Below, piece by piece: positions 59,824 to 64,000 of a stretch of 64,000 bases of DNA; position 1 is the stretch's first letter; every line of letters begins with the position of its first letter. The DNA is from an uncultured Chloroflexia bacterium. Lineage in GTDB: Bacteria > Chloroflexota > Limnocylindria > Limnocylindrales > CSP1-4. A model generated the notes under the pieces. That model worked only from the letters and a program-made list of their open reading frames with translations. It did no database searches and had not been told where the DNA came from. The translations under genes and the position numbers were made by a program. The DNA is taken from NCBI GenBank assembly GCA_963696045.1, contig CAVOIR010000009.1:15427-79426 (forward strand), given 5' to 3'.

Positions 59824-60696
59824 ATGGATCTCGTCGCCGAGTCGGTCGTCATCGGCCTCGTGGAGCAGGCTCCGCTGGTCCTCGCGGCGATCGGGTTCGC
59901 GCTCATCTACCGCCTGACCGGCCTCATCAATGTCGCTTACGCCGAGACACTGACGCTGGGTGCCTACTTCGCCATCTGGCTGAGCCAGACCTTCGGCCTC
60001 GACTTCTACGCGGTCCTCGTCCCCACCGCGATCCTCTCCGGACTCCTGTCAGTGGCCACGTACCTCCTCATCTTCCGGCCCGCCAAGCAGCGCGACGTGG
60101 GCGTCCTGGAGATGATCATCATCTCCTTCGGCCTCTCGATCTTCCTGCGCCACGGACTCCAGTTCATCTTCGGCTATCCGACCATCTTCTTTGACGTGCC
60201 CCCGCCCGACACCGTCCTGGTGCTCGGCGTCGGGGTGACGTCCTTCCGGCTGCTCGCCCTGGTCACCGTCGCCCTCCTCGCCCTGGTGCTCTATCTCTTC
60301 ATCCAGCGTTCGGACTATGGACTCCAGATCCGGGCCCTCGCCAGCGACGAGCAGCTGGCCCAGGTGAGCGGCATCCGGCCCCTCGTCGTGACCGTGATGA
60401 TCTGGTTCATCGCCGGTGTCGCCGGCGGCCTCGCTGGGGCCTTCCTGGGGGTCGGCTCGTCGGTCTCGCCACTGCTCGGCTGGCGCCAGTTCCTCTTCAT
60501 CCTGTTGGTGGTGCTCGTCGGTAGTCGATGGGGGATCGGCGGTGTCATCGCGGTGGGGGTAGCCGCCGCCATCGCGCTCACCGCCATGGCGCTCACGTTC
60601 GACCAGGTCCTCTACGCCCAGCTCGTCCTCATCGTCGCCTTCGTCATCCTGCTGAAGTGGCGCGGCCGGCGGCTGGCCGAGATGGCCAAGGTCTAG
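59824..60696 (+). CDS. Branched-chain-amino-acid-type (HAAT family) ABC permease, LivH-like (uninterrupted)
   Basis: In ORF 59548..60696 from ATG 59824: MDLVAESVVIGLVEQAPLVLAAIGFALIYRLTGLINVAYAETLTLGAYFAIWLSQTFGLDFY...GLQIRALASDEQLAQVSGIRP... Confidence 0.85.
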   Translation: MDLVAESVVIGLVEQAPLVLAAIGFALIYRLTGLINVAYAETLTLGAYFAIWLSQTFGLDFYAVLVPTAILSGLLSVATYLLIFRPAKQRDVGVLEMIIISFGLSIFLRHGLQFIFGYPTIFFDVPPPDTVLVLGVGVTSFRLLALVTVALLALVLYLFIQRSDYGLQIRALASDEQLAQVSGIRPLVVTVMIWFIAGVAGGLAGAFLGVGSSVSPLLGWRQFLFILLVVLVGSRWGIGGVIAVGVAAAIALTAMALTFDQVLYAQLVLIVAFVILLKWRGRRLAEMAKV

Positions 60697-60700
60697 CGCG

Positions 60701-61648
60701 ATGCTCGACTGGCTCGACAGCTTCCTGATCACCGGCCTCTTCGGCGTGGCCATGATCGTCGGTCTCGCCCTGCTCCTGCACCTCCAGCTGGGACTCACCC
60801 GGATCGCCAACTTCGGGGTCGTCGGATTCTGGGGCCTCGGCTACTACGCCTTCGGGGTGCTCTACCTCCAGGTCGACTGGCCGTTCGGGGACCCCTGGCA
60901 GTTCCTCGCATGTGCTGCCGGGGCCATGGCTGTCGCCGGCCTCGCGGGCCTGGTGGTGGGGTGGCTCATCTCCGACCTCGACACCGATGGCGTGCTCGTG
61001 GTCACGCTGGGCTTCGCCGCCATCGTCCAGATCCTGGCGACCACCGAGGCCGAGTGGACGGGTGGGTCGCGTGGCCTGGGTGGGCTCCGTATCCCGTTCG
61101 ACGTGGGCACGGTCAAGGAGGACGAGTTCGCCTGGCTGCTGGTCCTGACCGCGGTGGTCGTCGTCATCTTCCTCTACGCCCGCCAGGTCCACCGCTCGCC
61201 GTACGGGCGCCTGCTCATCGCGATGGGCGGCAACGAAGCCCTGGCCCGCAGCCTTGGCAAGTCGACGTACCGCACCAAGCTGGGGCTGTTCGTCGTCACC
61301 TCGGCGGGGATGGGGCTGCTCGGCGCGATGTTCGGGTCGATGGAACGATCCCTCGATGTCGGCAGGATCGGCGTCGACGTGACCCTGGCCGCGATGGTGG
61401 GCCTGGTCCTGGGCGGCACCGCGCGTGTGTGGGGCGCGGTCGTCGGTGTCTTCCTCTCCGTTGGCCTGTTCGACATCGTGGTGCGGTCCTACCTGCCTCT
61501 CCCTCGCGAGTGGTACACGCAGGCGATCCCCGTGCTCAGGGAAGTCATCTTCGGTGCGACCCTCATCGTGGTCCTCATGTTCCGACCACTCGGCGTCCTC
61601 GGCGACATGCGGCGCGACAAGCTGATGAGGAAGCTCCATGGCAAGTGA
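60701..61648 (+). CDS. HAAT-family ABC permease, LivM-like (uninterrupted)
   Basis: ORF 60701..61648: MLDWLDSFLITGLFGVAMIVGLALLLHLQLGLTRIANFGVVGFWGLGYYAFG...TGGSRGLGGLRIPF...YGRLLIAMGGNEALARSLGKSTYRTKLGLFVVTSAGMGLLGAMF... Confidence 0.85.
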   Translation: MLDWLDSFLITGLFGVAMIVGLALLLHLQLGLTRIANFGVVGFWGLGYYAFGVLYLQVDWPFGDPWQFLACAAGAMAVAGLAGLVVGWLISDLDTDGVLVVTLGFAAIVQILATTEAEWTGGSRGLGGLRIPFDVGTVKEDEFAWLLVLTAVVVVIFLYARQVHRSPYGRLLIAMGGNEALARSLGKSTYRTKLGLFVVTSAGMGLLGAMFGSMERSLDVGRIGVDVTLAAMVGLVLGGTARVWGAVVGVFLSVGLFDIVVRSYLPLPREWYTQAIPVLREVIFGATLIVVLMFRPLGVLGDMRRDKLMRKLHGK

Positions 61649-62432
61649 CGTCACGGCCCCGACCGAGACGGCACGTCCGCGGGTCCACGTCCGCGGTGTC
61701 GTCAAGTCCTTCTCGGGGCGGGTCGTCGTCGACGTCGACGACCTCGTCCTTGGCGAGCGGCCGATCGAAGGTCTCATCGGCCCCAACGGCGCCGGCAAGA
61801 CGACCTTGATGCGGATGATCATGCACTCGATCCCGCTCGACCGTGGCCGGATCTCGCTCCTCGCGCCCGAGCGGTCCGAGGTGACGCTGTCGGATCTGCC
61901 GGCCGACCGGATGGCTCGGCACGGCGTGGTGAAGTCCAACCAGGTGATCATGGACTTCGACAAGCTCACCATCTGGGACTCACTCCTGCTGTCGGTCACA
62001 GGGGCGCACCACGAGCAGCCGCACCGCGTCTTCAGCGAGGCCACCGTCTTCAGGCGCCACGAAGAGGAGATGCGGCACTACCTTGACCTCTTCGGATTCG
62101 CCGACCCCGCGTCGTTCGCCTTGTCAGCCGGCGAGAAGAAGCTGCTCGACATCGTTCGCTGCCTGCTCCTGAAGCCCCGCTTCCTCCTGCTCGACGAGCC
62201 GACGGCCGGGTTACCCGACGACACCACCGAGAAGGTCATGGACGTGGTCCGGCAGCTGGCCGCCTCCGGCACGTCGGTGGTCATCGTCGAGCACGACCTC
62301 AACGTCATCTGGGGCCTTTGCGAGCAGGTCCACTTCATGGCCGAGGGCAAGGTCATCCTGCGCGGCGACCCGCAGGCCATCCGCGAGCACCGTGTGGTCG
62401 TCGAGAAGTACCTGGGTGAAGGCCATGTCTGA
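61638..62432 (+). CDS. HAAT-family ABC ATP-binding protein, LivG-like (uninterrupted)
   Basis: ORF 61638..62432: ...VRGVVKSFSGRVVVDVDDLVLGERPIEGLIGPNGAGKTTLMRMI (Walker A)...LSAGEKKLLDIVRCLLLKPRFLLLDEPTAGL (signature/Walker B)...VVIVEHDLNVIWGLCEQVHFMAEGKVILRGDP. Confidence 0.9.
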   Translation: MASDVTAPTETARPRVHVRGVVKSFSGRVVVDVDDLVLGERPIEGLIGPNGAGKTTLMRMIMHSIPLDRGRISLLAPERSEVTLSDLPADRMARHGVVKSNQVIMDFDKLTIWDSLLLSVTGAHHEQPHRVFSEATVFRRHEEEMRHYLDLFGFADPASFALSAGEKKLLDIVRCLLLKPRFLLLDEPTAGLPDDTTEKVMDVVRQLAASGTSVVIVEHDLNVIWGLCEQVHFMAEGKVILRGDPQAIREHRVVVEKYLGEGHV

Positions 62433-63142
62433 GGCCACGACCGAGGCCGTCATCGAGGTCACCGGCCTGCGCAGCGGCTACCACGGGGTGCTGGTGCTCA
62501 AGGGCCTGGACTTCTCCCTGGGCAAGGAGGTCTTCGCCGTCCTCGGTGCCAACGGGGCCGGCAAGACGACGCTCCTGGCGACGATGGCTCGCTTGCTCCC
62601 ACTGATGGGCGGGGCCATCCGCTTCCAGGGTGTCGACGTCTCGCATCTCCCGCCGTACGAGACCGCCGCACGGGGCATCGCCTACGTCCCACAGGAGCAG
62701 GGGGTCTTCCCCTACCTCACCGTCCTCGAGAACCTGCGGGTCGGCGGCATGATCGGCTCGCGCCCTCGGCAGGAGCGCATGGACGAGGTGTTCGACCTGT
62801 TCCCGGACCTCAAGACCATGCTGAGAGCAGCCGGCGGGGACGCTCAGCGGTGGAGAGTCGCGCATGGTCGCCTGCGCGCGGGCACTCATGCAGGATCCGA
62901 AGGTCCTGCTCCTCGACGAACCCACGGCTGGCCTCTCGCCGCTCTACGTCGACCTCTTCATGGACAAGATCAGGGAGATGCACGAGACCCGAGGGGTCAC
63001 CATCGTGCTCGCCGAACAGAACGCGACGAAGGCCCTGCAAGTGGCCGACCGGGTGATGGTGCTCAGTCTCGGCGAGGCACACGCGGTGATGGACGCCGCC
63101 GATGTCACGACGCAGCAGCTGAAGGAGGGCTACAGGATCTGA
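62425..63142 (+). CDS. HAAT-family ABC ATP-binding protein, LivF-like (one frame change near 62825)
   Basis: In ORF 62392..63366 from ATG 62425: MSEATTEAVIEVTGLRSGYHGVLVLKGLDFSLGKEVFAVLGANGAGKTTLLATMARLL...IAYVPQEQGVFPYLTVLENL. ORF 62864..63142: MVACARALMQDPKVLLLDEPTAGLSPLYVDLFMDKIREMHETRGVTIVLAEQNATKALQVADRVMVLSLGE. Confidence 0.85.
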
Positions 63143-63187
63143 CGACACGTCGACCATGGACCAGAGCACGACAGGAGGAGAACGCTC

Positions 63188-64000
63188 ATGAGGATAGGAA
63201 CACCAAGCGGGTCGAGCGGCGGTGGCCATCGCCGCAGTCGACCCTCCTCGTCACCGCCCTCGGCAGGGGCCGCCACGGCGCAGGACGAGACGGAGCCGGT
63301 GCAGGTCTGCGAGCTGGCCTACTACACCGGTTCGTTCGCGGCGTACGGGCCGTCGCTCACCAATGACGTGCGCTTCGCCGTCGAGGACGTCGTCAACCAG
63401 GATCCGCCACTCGGCCGGACGTGGGAGCTCATCTCCGAGGACATCGGCGACAGCTTCGAGGGTGACGCCGCCAGGAAGTGCATCGAGCAGCACGGTGCCG
63501 AGATCCTGGTGAGCATCGCTCACCAGTATCGGACCTACCGTGACTACATGATGGAGACGTGGGCCGAGAACGACGCGCCGCTCGGGCCGTCGGTCCACGG
63601 TGGGGCCATCCCGGGCAACCTGGGTGGCAAGGCAGCCGAGCCCATCTTCCGGGCCCAGGGCCTGGATGAGGCGCTGGGCACCTTCGGCAGCCTCTACGCC
63701 GCTTCGATCGGCGCCCAGGATGTCGTCATCTTCGCCACCGAGGTCGAGGGCTTCCAGCTGGCGGCCGACGCCAACCAGGAGGCCGCCGAGGCCCTCGGTC
63801 TCAACGTGCTGGAGCGCATCGACGCCCCGGCTGACCAGGCCAGCTACCGGGCCGATGCCGAGAGGATCGCGAACCTGGACCCGGACGCCGTCCTGGTCCA
63901 GGCCGGATCGACCGAGTCCGCGACCCTCATCAAGGCGGCGGCCGAGGCCGGCCTCTCGCTCAACTGGATCGGCGAGACCGGGTGGGCCGAGGCCGAGTTC
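63188..64000 (+). CDS. Periplasmic-binding-protein type I (LivK-like) ABC substrate-binding protein; 3' end beyond the window; N-terminal signal region frame-shifted
   Basis: Hand translation (edge ORF, not in track). SD ACAGGAGGAGAA, ATG 63188: MRIGT..., with a neighbouring frame giving STLLVTALG (lipoprotein-like). Then ...ETEPVQVCELAYYTGSFAAYGPSLTNDVRFAVEDVVNQDPPLGRTWELISEDIGDSFEGDAARKCIEQHGAEILV...DVVIFATEVEGFQLAADANQEAAEALGLNVLERIDAPADQASYRADAERIANLDPDAVLVQAGSTESATLIKAAAEAGL. Confidence 0.7.
   Translation, partial: MRIGTPSGSSGGGHRRSRPSSSPPSAGAATAQDETEPVQVCELAYYTGSFAAYGPSLTNDVRFAVEDVVNQDPPLGRTWELISEDIGDSFEGDAARKCIEQHGAEILVSIAHQYRTYRDYMMETWAENDAPLGPSVHGGAIPGNLGGKAAEPIFRAQGLDEALGTFGSLYAASIGAQDVVIFATEVEGFQLAADANQEAAEALGLNVLERIDAPADQASYRADAERIANLDPDAVLVQAGSTESATLIKAAAEAGLSLNWIGETGWAEAEF

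Noticed and set aside
58164-62044. Long minus-strand ORFs 58164..59906 and 60644..62044
   Set aside because: They are antisense to uninterrupted, motif-bearing transketolase and Liv-like genes, with typical high-GC shadow-ORF composition.

Overview
High-GC (about 70% by eye), gene-dense, actinobacterium-like chromosomal window.

0-44 kb is mostly core genome:
- a MoxR-DUF58-transglutaminase operon and a divergent giant zinc-ribbon/acidic-repeat protein
- valS followed by small zinc-ribbon genes and an HTH-YihY gene
- the conserved tRNA-Leu / tig / clpP / clpX block
- a CIRCE-controlled monocistronic groEL
- cinA, mrp, a class II aldolase and a triple-META lipoprotein
- an ABC-2 exporter preceded by a promoter / leader-ORF / terminator cassette
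- rsgA, two MBL hydrolases, an OmpR/HK pair, a GT87-like protein and the lhr-nei operon

44-64 kb looks accessory and holds three transcription units:
- an SDR-MBL pair
- a nine-gene minus-strand operon: PpsA-like swivel-His protein, GntR, HprK-like P-loop protein, Mo-hydroxylase M/S/L subunits, cyclase, Zn-ADH, truncated PPDK-like protein
- a cupin / split transketolase / HAAT-type ABC importer operon

All three control regions carry the same 11-bp perfect palindrome, TCGATAATCGA. This island is my best candidate for an undescribed system.

Major caveat: almost every long gene between 0 and about 54.5 kb can only be read by switching reading frame one to many times. This includes the essential genes valS, clpX, clpP, tig and groEL. 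The sequence therefore appears to carry many indel-type errors. CDS coordinates are envelopes joining ORF-track fragments, and starts and ends are approximate.

The ORF track omits ORFs that run off the window edges, so the first and last genes were translated by hand. I recognised no rRNA, CRISPR array, transposase or integrase.
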